Shown one piece after another: positions 22,073-32,786 of a stretch of 57,971 bases of DNA. Under the pieces are notes generated by a model. The model was given only the letters and a program-made list of their open reading frames with translations, was not told where the DNA came from and did not search any database. The stretch is from NCBI GenBank assembly GCA_051007495.1, contig JBPCSC010000216.1, positions 1-57,971 of the forward strand, in the 5' to 3' direction. The stretch's first letter is position 1; each line of letters starts with the position of its first letter. Origin of the DNA: Methylococcaceae bacterium. GTDB lineage: Bacteria; Pseudomonadota; Gammaproteobacteria; Methylococcales; Methylococcaceae. The translations under genes were made by a program, and so were the position numbers.

Positions 22073-22801
22073 TCAGGCCATGTCACCCCAAAAGCATTGC
22101 ACGGCGGCAATAGCGGTTAGGGCGGCCGTTTCTGTTCTGAGTATGCGGGGTCCTAACCGCACCGGAAGGTAGCCGGACGTTCGAGCAGATTGGCGTTCGT
22201 GTTCGGCAAACCCGCCCTCAGGTCCTGACAACAAAACCAGCGTACCGGATGGGCGAGTCAAACCGCTCAGCCCAGTTTCAGCCCCGGGATCGAAAAACAG
22301 CCCCATATCAGGTGAGTTTTTTAGAAAGTCAGTAAGCGCAACGGGTTCGTCGAGGCAAGGAACACGATTGCGTCCGCTCTGCTCACAGGCGGCGCGAATG
22401 ATTTTCAGCCAGTGTGCCGTTCGGTTGCCGCGCCGGGTTTCATCCAGTTTCACTACGCAATGTTCCATAAAAAGTGGGCTGATACGGGCCACACCCAGTT
22501 CCACCGCCTTTTGTATCACCCAATCCATGCGTTCGCCGCGTGATATACCAATGGCCAAATGAACACTCAAAGGCGACTCCAGCGAATGATGGCGTGCCGC
22601 TCCGATTTCCAGGCACACGAGTTCACGGTGTGCTTCAACCACTCGGGCAGAAAATTCCTGATCGGTGTCATTGAACACAGTTAATTCGGCTCCTTTCTTG
22701 AGTCTAAGGACAGTCTTCAGGTAATGGGCACTGTCATCGTCCAGTTGCAGGCGGGAGTACTCGGTTAAAACCTTCGAAACAAACAGTCGGGAGATTCTCA
22801 T
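22073..22801 (-). CDS. rsmE: 16S rRNA (uracil1498-N3)-methyltransferase
   Basis: 242-aa ORF with an RsmE-like N-terminal PUA-like region (MRISRLFV..., HYLKTVLRLKKG) and a C-terminal SPOUT region (LLSGPEGGFAEHE, LGPRILRTETAAL). Confidence 0.9.
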   Translation of the reverse strand: MRISRLFVSKVLTEYSRLQLDDDSAHYLKTVLRLKKGAELTVFNDTDQEFSARVVEAHRELVCLEIGAARHHSLESPLSVHLAIGISRGERMDWVIQKAVELGVARISPLFMEHCVVKLDETRRGNRTAHWLKIIRAACEQSGRNRVPCLDEPVALTDFLKNSPDMGLFFDPGAETGLSGLTRPSGTLVLLSGPEGGFAEHERQSARTSGYLPVRLGPRILRTETAALTAIAAVQCFWGDMA

Positions 22802-23511
22802 GCAGAGGGTTCTCCCCGGTGTGGACGTTTGCCGAAAATGGCCGTACCGATGCGAACCATGGATGCGCCTTCGGTAATGGCCGCGTCCAAATCGTCTGAC
22901 ATCCCCATGGATAAGGTATCCAGGCCGGGTAAATCACTAAGCGTATGCAAGGTATCTCTCACCATTCTGAATGCGGTTCGTTGCTGGGTAACATCCTCAC
23001 AGGGGGCGGGTATAGCCATGAGTCCACGCAAGCGCAGACACGGCAAGTGCGCAATCTCTAGGGCCAATTCCCGCACGGAATCAGGATGGACTCCGGATTT
23101 GCTGGACTCGCCACTGACATTGACTTGCAGGCAGATATTTAAGGGGAGGCGGTTGGCCGGGCGTTGTTCACTCAGTCGTTCGGCGATTTTCAGTCGGTCT
23201 ACTCCGTGTACCCAATCGAAAGACTCCGCCAGTAGGCGAGTCTTGTTGGTCTGAATAGGGCCTATGAAATGCCAGATAATGTCAAAATGGGCCAGTTGAC
23301 GCTGTTTGCTCAAGGCTTCCTGCACATAGTTTTCGCCAAATTCCCGTTGCCCAGCCTGATAGGCGGCTATCAGTGCTTCGACGGGTTGTGTTTTGCTGAC
23401 TGCGATCAAGCGCACCGTGCCTATGTCTCGACCGGCGTTATGTTCTGCCGCCCGGATACGCAGACGAATATCGTCTAGCCGTTCGGCTACAGGTTTGGAG
23501 TGTGGGTTCAT
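22798..23511 (-). CDS. yggS: YggS-family pyridoxal-phosphate homeostasis protein
   Basis: 237-aa ORF with VRLIAVSKTQP (PLP lysine context), FGENYVQE, WHFIGPIQTNK and SMGMSDDLDAAI motifs typical of YggS/PROSC. Confidence 0.9.
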   Translation of the reverse strand: MNPHSKPVAERLDDIRLRIRAAEHNAGRDIGTVRLIAVSKTQPVEALIAAYQAGQREFGENYVQEALSKQRQLAHFDIIWHFIGPIQTNKTRLLAESFDWVHGVDRLKIAERLSEQRPANRLPLNICLQVNVSGESSKSGVHPDSVRELALEIAHLPCLRLRGLMAIPAPCEDVTQQRTAFRMVRDTLHTLSDLPGLDTLSMGMSDDLDAAITEGASMVRIGTAIFGKRPHRGEPSA

Positions 23512-23663
23512 AGTGGTTAAAGGTTCTCGTCGTGGGGGTGTTCTCTTCGCGCCAGGTATCCGGAAACCTATTCGTAAAATAAACGGGCATCCGTCTTGAC
23601 TTGGGGGTTCACTTTAGTGGTCAAATAGCCGCCCTTCAACTTCCGTACACGTTTCTGTCTGCC

Positions 23664-25466
23664 ATGCCCATACGCTTGCTCCCGCCACAACTCATTAACC
23701 AGATCGCCGCTGGTGAGGTCGTAGAGCGACCGGCTTCGGTCATCAAGGAATTGGTAGAAAATGCCTTTGATGCCGGGGCTAGTCGTGTCGAGATTGATAT
23801 TGAGCTGGGCGGATTGCGGTTGATGCGGGTGCGTGATGACGGATGCGGCATAGAAGAAACCGAATTGCCACTGGCTTTGTCGCGCCATGCCACCAGCAAA
23901 ATCAGCAGCCTGGATGACCTTGAACACATCACCAGTATGGGGTTTCGGGGCGAGGCATTACCCAGTATTTGCTCAGTTTCGCGGCTCACTTTGACCTCGC
24001 GCACCCCGGAAGCCCGTTGTGCGTATCGCGTGAGCAGCGATGGCGGCGAACAACATTTTGATGTGCAACCTGCTGCTCACCCGACCGGTACTTCTATTGA
24101 GGTCAGGGATTTGTTCTACAACACACCGGCACGGCGCAAATTTCTTAAATCCGACAAAACCGAATTTGGCCACATCGAAACCTTGATCAAACGCATGGCC
24201 TTGGCTCGGTTCGGGACCGGTTTTGTGCTCACGCATAATCAGCGCGCCGTGTTGGATCTGGTGCCGGCTCTGGATATGGCAGCGGTCGAGCAGCGGGTCA
24301 GTCTGTTGCTGGGCGAACATTTTCTATCCAACGCCCTCCGGGTTGATGATCAGGGAGCAGGTTTGTCATTGGAGGGTTGGATAGGCGTGCCTACCATAGC
24401 CCGCAGTCAGGCCGATCAACAATATTTTTACGTCAATGGTCGGTTGGTGCGGGACAAGGTGCTGACCAACGCGGTCAAGCAAGCGTATCAGGATGTGCTG
24501 TATCAGGGGCGGCAACCGGTATACATATTATATTTGGCACTGGATCCGGCCTTGGTGGATGTCAATGCACATCCCACCAAAATGGAGGTTCGTTTCAGGG
24601 ACGGTCAGTCGATTTACCGATTCATTCTCTCCAGCGTACAACGGGTGCTTTCGGGAGCCAGACCGGGTGGTTTTGAGAACCGGGTAGAATTCGATCAACC
24701 CAAGGCCAGTCAGGCGCGTATTCCTGAAGCACCTGTCCGGCCAGCGTATCGCTCAGCAGGTGGAGCCGAACCCGCCTACCGGCGAGAGAACACCTCTTTG
24801 AATGTCAATGAATTGACCCGCGCCTACCAAAACCTCTACAACCCGGCGACGGAGTTATCTTCCGTACCCGTAAATCCGGCCACGCCGCCTTTGGGTTATG
24901 CCGTGGCTCACTTGCATGGAGCGTTCATTCTGGCCGAGAGTGCGAGCGGTTTGATTGTGGTGGATGCTCATGCCGCCCATGAGCGGGTCACGTATGAGCA
25001 ACTGAAAAAAGACCATGCGGCCGGACGTATTCCCAGCCAACCCATGTTGTTGCCAGTCCGGGTGGCCGTCAGTCCGTCCGAGGCAGAACTGGCTGAAGCC
25101 TGGGCGGAATCTTTGCTTGAACTGGGAGTGGATTTATCCCGCACCGGGCCTGAAACCTTGATGCTGCGTGCGCTGCCTTCCTTGCTGGATCCCTGTGATG
25201 GCGAGGTGCTGATTCGCGATATGCTGTCTGATCTGAGCCAGTTCGGACACAGCCACAGAATTGAAGAGCAACTCAACGGGATATTGTCTCAACTGGCCTG
25301 TCATGGCTCCGTTCGCGCCAACCGCAAACTGACGGTGGCCGAAATGAACAGCTTGCTAAGGGCCATGGAAGCGACTGAACGCAGTGGTCAATGCAACCAC
25401 GGCCGCCCTACCTGGGTAGAACTGGATATGAAGCAACTGGATAAGCTGTTTCACAGAGGTCAGTAG
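23664..25466 (+). CDS. mutL: DNA mismatch repair endonuclease MutL
   Basis: The ATG at 23664 gives MPIRLLPPQLINQIAAGEVVERPASVIKELVENAFDAGA, the canonical GHKL N-terminus. The track start at 23601 is a TTG upstream extension. The C-terminal dimerisation region ends ...GRPTWVELDMKQLDKLFHRGQ. Confidence 0.95.
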   Translation: MPIRLLPPQLINQIAAGEVVERPASVIKELVENAFDAGASRVEIDIELGGLRLMRVRDDGCGIEETELPLALSRHATSKISSLDDLEHITSMGFRGEALPSICSVSRLTLTSRTPEARCAYRVSSDGGEQHFDVQPAAHPTGTSIEVRDLFYNTPARRKFLKSDKTEFGHIETLIKRMALARFGTGFVLTHNQRAVLDLVPALDMAAVEQRVSLLLGEHFLSNALRVDDQGAGLSLEGWIGVPTIARSQADQQYFYVNGRLVRDKVLTNAVKQAYQDVLYQGRQPVYILYLALDPALVDVNAHPTKMEVRFRDGQSIYRFILSSVQRVLSGARPGGFENRVEFDQPKASQARIPEAPVRPAYRSAGGAEPAYRRENTSLNVNELTRAYQNLYNPATELSSVPVNPATPPLGYAVAHLHGAFILAESASGLIVVDAHAAHERVTYEQLKKDHAAGRIPSQPMLLPVRVAVSPSEAELAEAWAESLLELGVDLSRTGPETLMLRALPSLLDPCDGEVLIRDMLSDLSQFGHSHRIEEQLNGILSQLACHGSVRANRKLTVAEMNSLLRAMEATERSGQCNHGRPTWVELDMKQLDKLFHRGQ

Positions 25467-25477
25467 TCAAGCCACCG

Positions 25478-26434
25478 ATGACTCCCCCACACGCACCCCA
25501 TGTCCTGGCCATTATGGGACCAACCGCATCCGGCAAGAGTCGTCTGGCCATAGACCTCGCCGAGCGACTGAACGGCGAAATCATCAGCGTCGATTCGGCT
25601 TTGATCTACCGGGGTATGGACATAGGCACTGCCAAACCGACCCCCACCGAGCAGCGCGGCATACCGCATCACTTGATCGACATTCGTGATCCCGCTGAAT
25701 CCTACTCCACCGGAGCCTTTATTAAAGATGCCGGTCGGCTTATCACCCACATCACCCATCAGGGCAAGCTGCCTATACTGGCTGGCGGAACCTTCCTGTA
25801 CTTCAATGCCTTGTTTCATGGTATGGCGGAATTGCCCGAAGCCGACCCGGCAGTGCGTCGGGCGATAGATCAAGAAGCCGACCGTCTGGGGTGGTTGGCC
25901 ATGCATCAGGAGTTGGCCCGTGTTGACCCGGAAGCCGCAGCCCGCATCCACCCCAATGATCCCCAACGCATACAACGTGCGCTGGAAGTCTGGCGGCTGA
26001 CAGGCACTAGCCTCACTGAACTCTGTACCCGCACCCCGTCGCAAGCGTTTCCATTAAATGTCACCCGCATCATCGTTTCCCCCACCGATCGCAGCATACT
26101 GCATGAACGGATACGGCAAAGATTTCTAGCCATGATCGAAAACGGCTTGATTGAAGAAGTGGAACGCCTGTACCAGCGGGGAGATTTGCATCTGGATGTA
26201 CCGGCACTGCGGGCCGTGGGGTATAGGCAGGTCTGGTTGTATCTGGACGGAACGTACAACCGCGAAACACTGATGGAACGCGGCGTTATCGCCACCCGCC
26301 AGTTCGCCAAACGCCAATATACCTGGCTACGCCGGGAAACCACCGGTTACCGTTACGACAGCGAATCACCCAGGCTCACCGAAAATGTGCTTAGGGATTG
26401 GAGTAGTCGTGCCGAGCAGCACAGCAAGGCGTGA
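25478..26434 (+). CDS. miaA: tRNA dimethylallyltransferase
   Basis: 318-aa ORF with P-loop IMGPTASGKS and the SVDSALIYRGMDIGTAKP motif. Canonical position after mutL. Confidence 0.95.
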   Translation: MTPPHAPHVLAIMGPTASGKSRLAIDLAERLNGEIISVDSALIYRGMDIGTAKPTPTEQRGIPHHLIDIRDPAESYSTGAFIKDAGRLITHITHQGKLPILAGGTFLYFNALFHGMAELPEADPAVRRAIDQEADRLGWLAMHQELARVDPEAAARIHPNDPQRIQRALEVWRLTGTSLTELCTRTPSQAFPLNVTRIIVSPTDRSILHERIRQRFLAMIENGLIEEVERLYQRGDLHLDVPALRAVGYRQVWLYLDGTYNRETLMERGVIATRQFAKRQYTWLRRETTGYRYDSESPRLTENVLRDWSSRAEQHSKA

Positions 26435-26487
26435 AACAGCCCGACTGCCATTTCTCACCGAGTGCAAAGCGCACGTAATGGCACGTC

Positions 26488-27306
26488 ATGCCTGAATTAC
26501 CCGAAGTAGAAACCACCTGTCGCGGCATTAGGCCGCACATCCTTAACCAGACCGTAGAGCAGATCGTCGTCCGTGAACACCGTTTGCGCTGGCCGGTGAC
26601 TGGCGACTGGATAGCCGCCCTGCCAGGGGCTGTGGTGACTCAAGTCTGGCGGCGCGGCAAATACATCCTGCTAGACACCACCTACGGCACGCTCATCCTG
26701 CACTTGGGTATGTCGGGCAGTTTGAGAATCACCACGCCCGAGATGCCGCCGCGTCGGCATGACCACATCGACCTGGTGTTCGCCCACGGGGTTTGCCTGC
26801 GTTTTCATGATCCGAGGCGGTTTGGATGCCTTTTGTGGACTGAAACCAATCCGGCACAGCATCCACTGCTGGCCGAACTCGGCCCTGAACCTTTGGCCGC
26901 AGACTTTACCGGCGACTACCTCGCGGCACGGGCCGACAAACGCACTCAAGCCATTAAGACCTTCATCATGGACAGCCATCAAGTGGTGGGGGTGGGGAAT
27001 ATCTACGCCAACGAAGCCTTGTTCCGGGCCGGTATTAACCCCGCTCGACCAGCAGGCCAGTTGTCTGGCTCCGATCATGAACGACTGAGTGCGGCCATAC
27101 GCTCAGTGCTGGCGGCCGCCATCACCATGGGCGGCACAACCCTGCGGGATTTCGTCAACGAATCAGGTGCTCCAGGCTATTTCAGCCAGACCCTGATGGT
27201 TTATGGCCGAACCGGACAAGCCTGCCGGGTGTGTGGTCAGGCCATCCAGACCACTCGGCTAGGTCAAAGGGCGACGTACTGGTGTGCGGTGTGCCAAAAG
27301 CCATGA
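26488..27306 (+). CDS. mutM: Formamidopyrimidine-DNA glycosylase
   Basis: 272-aa ORF starting MPELPEVE (catalytic Pro2/Glu3), with the H2TH region and a C-terminal zinc finger CRVCGQ...YWCAVCQ. Confidence 0.95.
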   Translation: MPELPEVETTCRGIRPHILNQTVEQIVVREHRLRWPVTGDWIAALPGAVVTQVWRRGKYILLDTTYGTLILHLGMSGSLRITTPEMPPRRHDHIDLVFAHGVCLRFHDPRRFGCLLWTETNPAQHPLLAELGPEPLAADFTGDYLAARADKRTQAIKTFIMDSHQVVGVGNIYANEALFRAGINPARPAGQLSGSDHERLSAAIRSVLAAAITMGGTTLRDFVNESGAPGYFSQTLMVYGRTGQACRVCGQAIQTTRLGQRATYWCAVCQKP

Positions 27307-27307
27307 A

Positions 27308-28177
27308 TCACAGCGTGAGCAGGCTTCTGATTTGCTTCTCGTTGTAGCGGCCACGATTCGCCAGACAAAATTCAATTTCATCCCTATACCGACCATAAAA
27401 CCCCAGCTTGATGTCGCGGGTTGCGGATCCATCCAGCTTGGTGTGTTTGCTTTTGGCGGCTTGTGCAGCCGCGATCACCGTCGCCAGTGGCTGCTCAGGA
27501 GCGATATGACTGAGCAAACGGGTGAGGGTTAGCTCAGTGTTGCTCCATAAATCTTCATAACACAGGTTTAATGGCTCGATGTTCCGTTTTTGGAAATACG
27601 TTTGCCAACCGTATTCCTGCTGGCAAATGTGCAGCATCCAATCCCAGATTTTGCCGTCGTCGAAAACAATCTCGGTCGATGGACTCTCTTTCTTGCCCGT
27701 AGTCGAGTGGAAATAGCCGGTTTCTGTCGCTTTATAGAGAGACAGGGCTTGGCCCAGCAGGTCACGCCGAGTCCAATAAATGTAGTGGTCGAATGCAAAC
27801 GGCGCGACGCGCTGCTGGTTGGACTCCAGATACAACCGCCACTGAAACCAACTGCATTCCATCCCGAAGGTGCGGCGTTTGCGGCTGAGCATCAACCGAC
27901 GGATGCGCCGTACGTAGGAGGGCAAATCCTTGCACGGGTGCGTACTCAATATGCCGGGCAAATGATTGGGGTTCAGCCATTCTTCGGGCTGACCGGCCAA
28001 TCGGGTATCTACCAGCAGGCTGGTCAGCCAGGAACTGCCGCTTCGTGGCGTAAAGGCGATCAAATACTCCGATCTGGCCTTGGCAGGCAATGCACGCATT
28101 GCCTGCTTGTCGGCCGCATCAAACCGCTCGTGTGCCGCTGATTCCTGATGGGCAAAAATGTCCAGTAATCGACTCAT
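27308..28177 (-). CDS. Stf0-like sulfotransferase family protein
   Basis: PAPS 5'-phosphosulfate-binding loop FTPRSGSSWLTSLL and Stf0-like YIYWTRRDLLGQALSLYKATETGYFH segment. I prefer the ATG at 28177 (AGGA 8 nt upstream) over the TTG at 28195 used by the track. Confidence 0.72.
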   Translation of the reverse strand: MSRLLDIFAHQESAAHERFDAADKQAMRALPAKARSEYLIAFTPRSGSSWLTSLLVDTRLAGQPEEWLNPNHLPGILSTHPCKDLPSYVRRIRRLMLSRKRRTFGMECSWFQWRLYLESNQQRVAPFAFDHYIYWTRRDLLGQALSLYKATETGYFHSTTGKKESPSTEIVFDDGKIWDWMLHICQQEYGWQTYFQKRNIEPLNLCYEDLWSNTELTLTRLLSHIAPEQPLATVIAAAQAAKSKHTKLDGSATRDIKLGFYGRYRDEIEFCLANRGRYNEKQIRSLLTL

Positions 28178-28304
28178 ATTTCTGATCCTGTGCAACTAAA
28201 TGGGTGAATAAAAGAGAAGGAAATCCTACCACGCGACCGTCTCAAGACCATCCCACCCATAGCCTCACCGATCGGTAACAACCCCACATCACGCAAACAC
28301 CATC

Positions 28305-28332
28305 TTGACATCACACGAATCGTCGCTATGAT
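28305..28332 (+). promoter_or_regulatory. Sigma70-like promoter of groES-groEL
   Basis: TTGACA (28305-28310), a 16-nt spacer, then TATGAT (28327-28332). It lies about 95 nt upstream of the groES ATG and abuts the CIRCE element. Confidence 0.55.
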
Positions 28333-28358
28333 TAGCACTCACCCAAGGCGAGTGCTAA
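28332..28358 (+). promoter_or_regulatory. CIRCE operator (HrcA binding site)
   Basis: TTAGCACTC-N9-GAGTGCTAA exactly matches the CIRCE consensus. It lies between the -10 element and groES. Confidence 0.88.
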
Positions 28359-28426
28359 CAACAAACCCGGCCTGGTTCTTGGGAGGGTTCCGCCTCACAA
28401 CTTTTAGTAAAAAAACGGAGAGTACG

Positions 28427-28717
28427 ATGAATATTCGTCCCTTACATGATCGTGTAATTGTTAAACGCCTGGAAGAAGAACGCACTTCACCAGGTGGTAT
28501 CGTCATTCCTGATTCCGCCACCGAAAAGCCCATGCGCGGCGAAGTAATGGCTGTGGGTAATGGCAAAGTTCTGGACAACGGCGAACTGCGCGGCCTGCAA
28601 GTCAAGGTGGGCGAAAAGGTTTTGTTCGGTAAGTATTCCGGTACCGAAGTAAAAATCGACGGCATGGAAGTCGTGGTCATGCGTGAAGAAGACATCATGG
28701 CCGTACTGGAAGGCTGA
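28427..28717 (+). CDS. groES: Co-chaperonin GroES
   Basis: The internal ATG at 28427 (GGAGAG upstream) gives [18 protein letters not shown]..., 96 aa, a typical GroES. The track ORF starts further upstream at 28328. Confidence 0.98.
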   Translation: MNIRPLHDRVIVKRLEEERTSPGGIVIPDSATEKPMRGEVMAVGNGKVLDNGELRGLQVKVGEKVLFGKYSGTEVKIDGMEVVVMREEDIMAVLEG

Positions 28718-28762
28718 TATCCGCAACCTTAATCCAACAACCATTTATAAACTGAAAGGTAA

Positions 28763-30406
<1,644 letters not shown>

Positions 30407-30440
30407 GCCTGCCGCGCTGCACTTGGGAAGGATTCCCGCA

Positions 30441-30474
30441 AAAAAAGCCCCGTCCCAGGACGGGGCTTTTTCGT
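30441..30474 (+). terminator. Rho-independent terminator of groESL
   Basis: AAAAAAGCCCCGTCC-CA-GGACGGGGCTTTTT: a GC-rich 8-9 bp stem followed by a T-run, 35 nt after the groEL stop. Confidence 0.85.
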
Positions 30475-30562
30475 TACGTTCGCTGAAGCTCGGCTTGTCA
30501 CCACCGTTGCCGCTAAAAGACACACCCTCGCGGAAGGAGTAGATTTTTCGGGTGGGCCACCC

Positions 30563-31282
30563 TCACTGGGTGTCCAGATCATTCACCTTGAGATAAAGCC
30601 TTTCCTCACGAGTGGGCGTGGTGTAATAGCGCGTTGCATCATCGCCCAGATCCGGTAACGCACGATCGGACACCCTGGAGATGTCCACCCACTCGCCCAG
30701 GCGCACCTTGAGTGAGGTGTTGATGCGTTGAGAAGACATGGAGAGCGATTCCACTTCCATAAGTACTTGATCGTTCAGCACACGGGCGATTACGCTAAAA
30801 CCTTGCTCAGGCCTATGTTCGGCCTGTGGTAGCGGCACGGGCGGATAATAATAGCCAGGCGGTACGGGAACTGGTGCAGGTTTGGATGTGGTGAGATGTA
30901 CCTGAGCGGCTTGGCCGTCCAGTGTCTGGATTTCAATCACTGAACCGCCCTGACGGCGGGACGGAAGCGAGTAGGTGTGTGCGGAATGTAGGTCTTGATC
31001 GGGGGCATGGTTGGCGGAGACGACGGAAATCAGCAAACGATGCCTGGGTGTGTCGAGTCGTTCTATCCAGGCTTTAAGCACGGAGGTACGCTCTGGACTG
31101 GCCTGAATCAGCACTTCAGAGCCGTTGGGAAGTATGACTTCACCCGCCTGCAGCAATGCTTGCACGCGAGGCATGAGGGATTCGGCGGGTTGGTGGCGCA
31201 GGCTTATGGCAACCACGGGTGAGTCCGCCTGACTGACGAAAGACAATGCAAGCAAGCCGATCACAGCAGCCCGCAAAACCAC
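30563..31282 (-). CDS. Secreted hypothetical protein with a NolW/secretin-N-like domain (mini secretin-like); start uncertain
   Basis: The ORF frame is open up to 31516 but overlaps glgA there. A GTG at 31282 gives (M)VLRAAVIGLLALSFVSQA/DSP, a clean signal peptide just after the glgA stop. The mature part ISLRHQPAESLMPRVQALLQAGEVILPNGSEVLIQASPERTSVLKAWIERLD resembles secretin N-domains. Confidence 0.5.
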   Translation of the reverse strand: MVLRAAVIGLLALSFVSQADSPVVAISLRHQPAESLMPRVQALLQAGEVILPNGSEVLIQASPERTSVLKAWIERLDTPRHRLLISVVSANHAPDQDLHSAHTYSLPSRRQGGSVIEIQTLDGQAAQVHLTTSKPAPVPVPPGYYYPPVPLPQAEHRPEQGFSVIARVLNDQVLMEVESLSMSSQRINTSLKVRLGEWVDISRVSDRALPDLGDDATRYYTTPTREERLYLKVNDLDTQ

Positions 31283-31310
31283 TAAGCGGGTGGATGGGCC
31301 GAGACGCGCT

Positions 31311-32786
31311 TTAAGCCGTCTTGAGCAGACTTTCTGCCAGTCGGCTATCTGCCAAAGCTTGATCGTATAAGGTTTCATAGCAGCGGGCACTGTGTTCCCA
31401 GGAGAAATCACGCCGCATTCCGGCCCTTTGAATTTGCTGCCATAGGGGTTTGTTTTGAAACAGCGCGTGTCCTCGGTAGAGCGCGTCGTATAGTGATTCG
31501 GCATCTGCCGAGTCAAAAACGATACCGGTTGCGTGCTGATACCCCAAGGCTACCGGGTTGGCATCAGTGACGGTATCGGCCAGACCCCCGACCCGCCGTA
31601 CGACAGGAACCGAGCCATAGCGTTGGCTGTACATTTGGTTGAGTCCGCAGGGTTCGAAGCGGGAAGGCATGAGAAACAAATCAGACCCGGCTTCAACCAG
31701 ATGAGCCAGTTCTTCACTGTAACCGCAAAACACCGCGATGCGGTCAGGATAAAGCCGCGCCCAGCGGAGTAGCAGTTTTTCGTAACGAGCTTCACCATTG
31801 CCCACGATGACCAATTGTACGTTTAGCCGCATCAACCGTGGCAGCAGTTCAATCAGCATGTCGATGCCTTTCTGTTGTACCAACCGCCCTACCCAGGCTG
31901 TCAAGGTGATGTCCGGGTCTTCAGACCAGTGGCAGCGTTTCTGTAAATGAGCTTTGTTGAGCATCCGTCTGGGCAGGCTATCGGCATCGAAATGTACCGG
32001 CAGCAGAGGATCAGTGCCGGGGTTCCAGGTGTTGCGGTCTATGCCGTTCAGTATGCCGGATAGCCGGTCGGCGCGGTGCAGCAACAGACCTTCAAGCCCA
32101 CAGCCAAATTCCTGGCTACAGATTTCACGAGCATAATTGGGGCTGACGGTGTTGATCCGGTCGGCGAATACCAACCCACCCTTGATGAAACAGAGTTGCT
32201 CGTAAAACTCCAGACCATCAGGTGACCAGAAACGTTGTGGCAGACGAAGCTTTTTGAATACCGGATACGGGAACAACCCTTGATAGGCCAGATTGTGGAT
32301 AGTGAATACCGAGGCCGGTCGGCCAGGTTCATCGCTCAACAGGGGCGGGATCAGTCCGGTTTGCCAGTCGTTGCAATGAACGATATCCGGTTTCCAGTTA
32401 AGTCCCATCCGGTTCATGGCGACTTCAATGGCGACATGACACAGCAAAGCAAAACGCTCGGGATTGTCTTCCCAGGGTTTGCCATCCGCATCAAGATAAG
32501 GGTTGCCCTCTCGGCCAAAATAACCGGTGTGGGTTAACAACCAGACGGGGACGTTCGTGCCGGGGAGTAGCCCCTCGAGTATGGAAATGCCGGCTCCGCC
32601 ATGGAGCAACTCGCGACAGGGTTTGAAATCACCGGCAGTCACCGCCCCCGGATAGGCGGGCATCAGTATGCGCACATCATGACCGAGTGCCTGCAGGGCG
32701 GCCGGGAGACTGCCGGAAACGTCGGCGAGACCTCCCGTCTTGATGAGCGGGTACGCCTCGCTGGTCACGAACAGGATTTTTTTCAT
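31311..32786 (-). CDS. glgA: Glycogen synthase (ADP-glucose type)
   Basis: 491-aa ORF starting [28 protein letters not shown] (KTGGL motif) with a GT5 C-terminal region. Confidence 0.95.
   Translation of the reverse strand: MKKILFVTSEAYPLIKTGGLADVSGSLPAALQALGHDVRILMPAYPGAVTAGDFKPCRELLHGGAGISILEGLLPGTNVPVWLLTHTGYFGREGNPYLDADGKPWEDNPERFALLCHVAIEVAMNRMGLNWKPDIVHCNDWQTGLIPPLLSDEPGRPASVFTIHNLAYQGLFPYPVFKKLRLPQRFWSPDGLEFYEQLCFIKGGLVFADRINTVSPNYAREICSQEFGCGLEGLLLHRADRLSGILNGIDRNTWNPGTDPLLPVHFDADSLPRRMLNKAHLQKRCHWSEDPDITLTAWVGRLVQQKGIDMLIELLPRLMRLNVQLVIVGNGEARYEKLLLRWARLYPDRIAVFCGYSEELAHLVEAGSDLFLMPSRFEPCGLNQMYSQRYGSVPVVRRVGGLADTVTDANPVALGYQHATGIVFDSADAESLYDALYRGHALFQNKPLWQQIQRAGMRRDFSWEHSARCYETLYDQALADSRLAESLLKTA

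Noticed and set aside
23568-23927. 119-aa minus-strand ORF overlapping the mutL 5' end
   Set aside because: The mutL N-terminus (GHKL ATPase motif) occupies this region on the plus strand. The antisense ORF has no supporting features.
31283-31516. Upstream extension of the secretin-like ORF to the track start at 31516 (317 aa)
   Set aside because: The extension overlaps the last 200 nt or so of glgA in another frame and adds a non-signal, Arg/Thr-rich N-terminus. The GTG at 31282 yields a canonical signal peptide right after the glgA stop.
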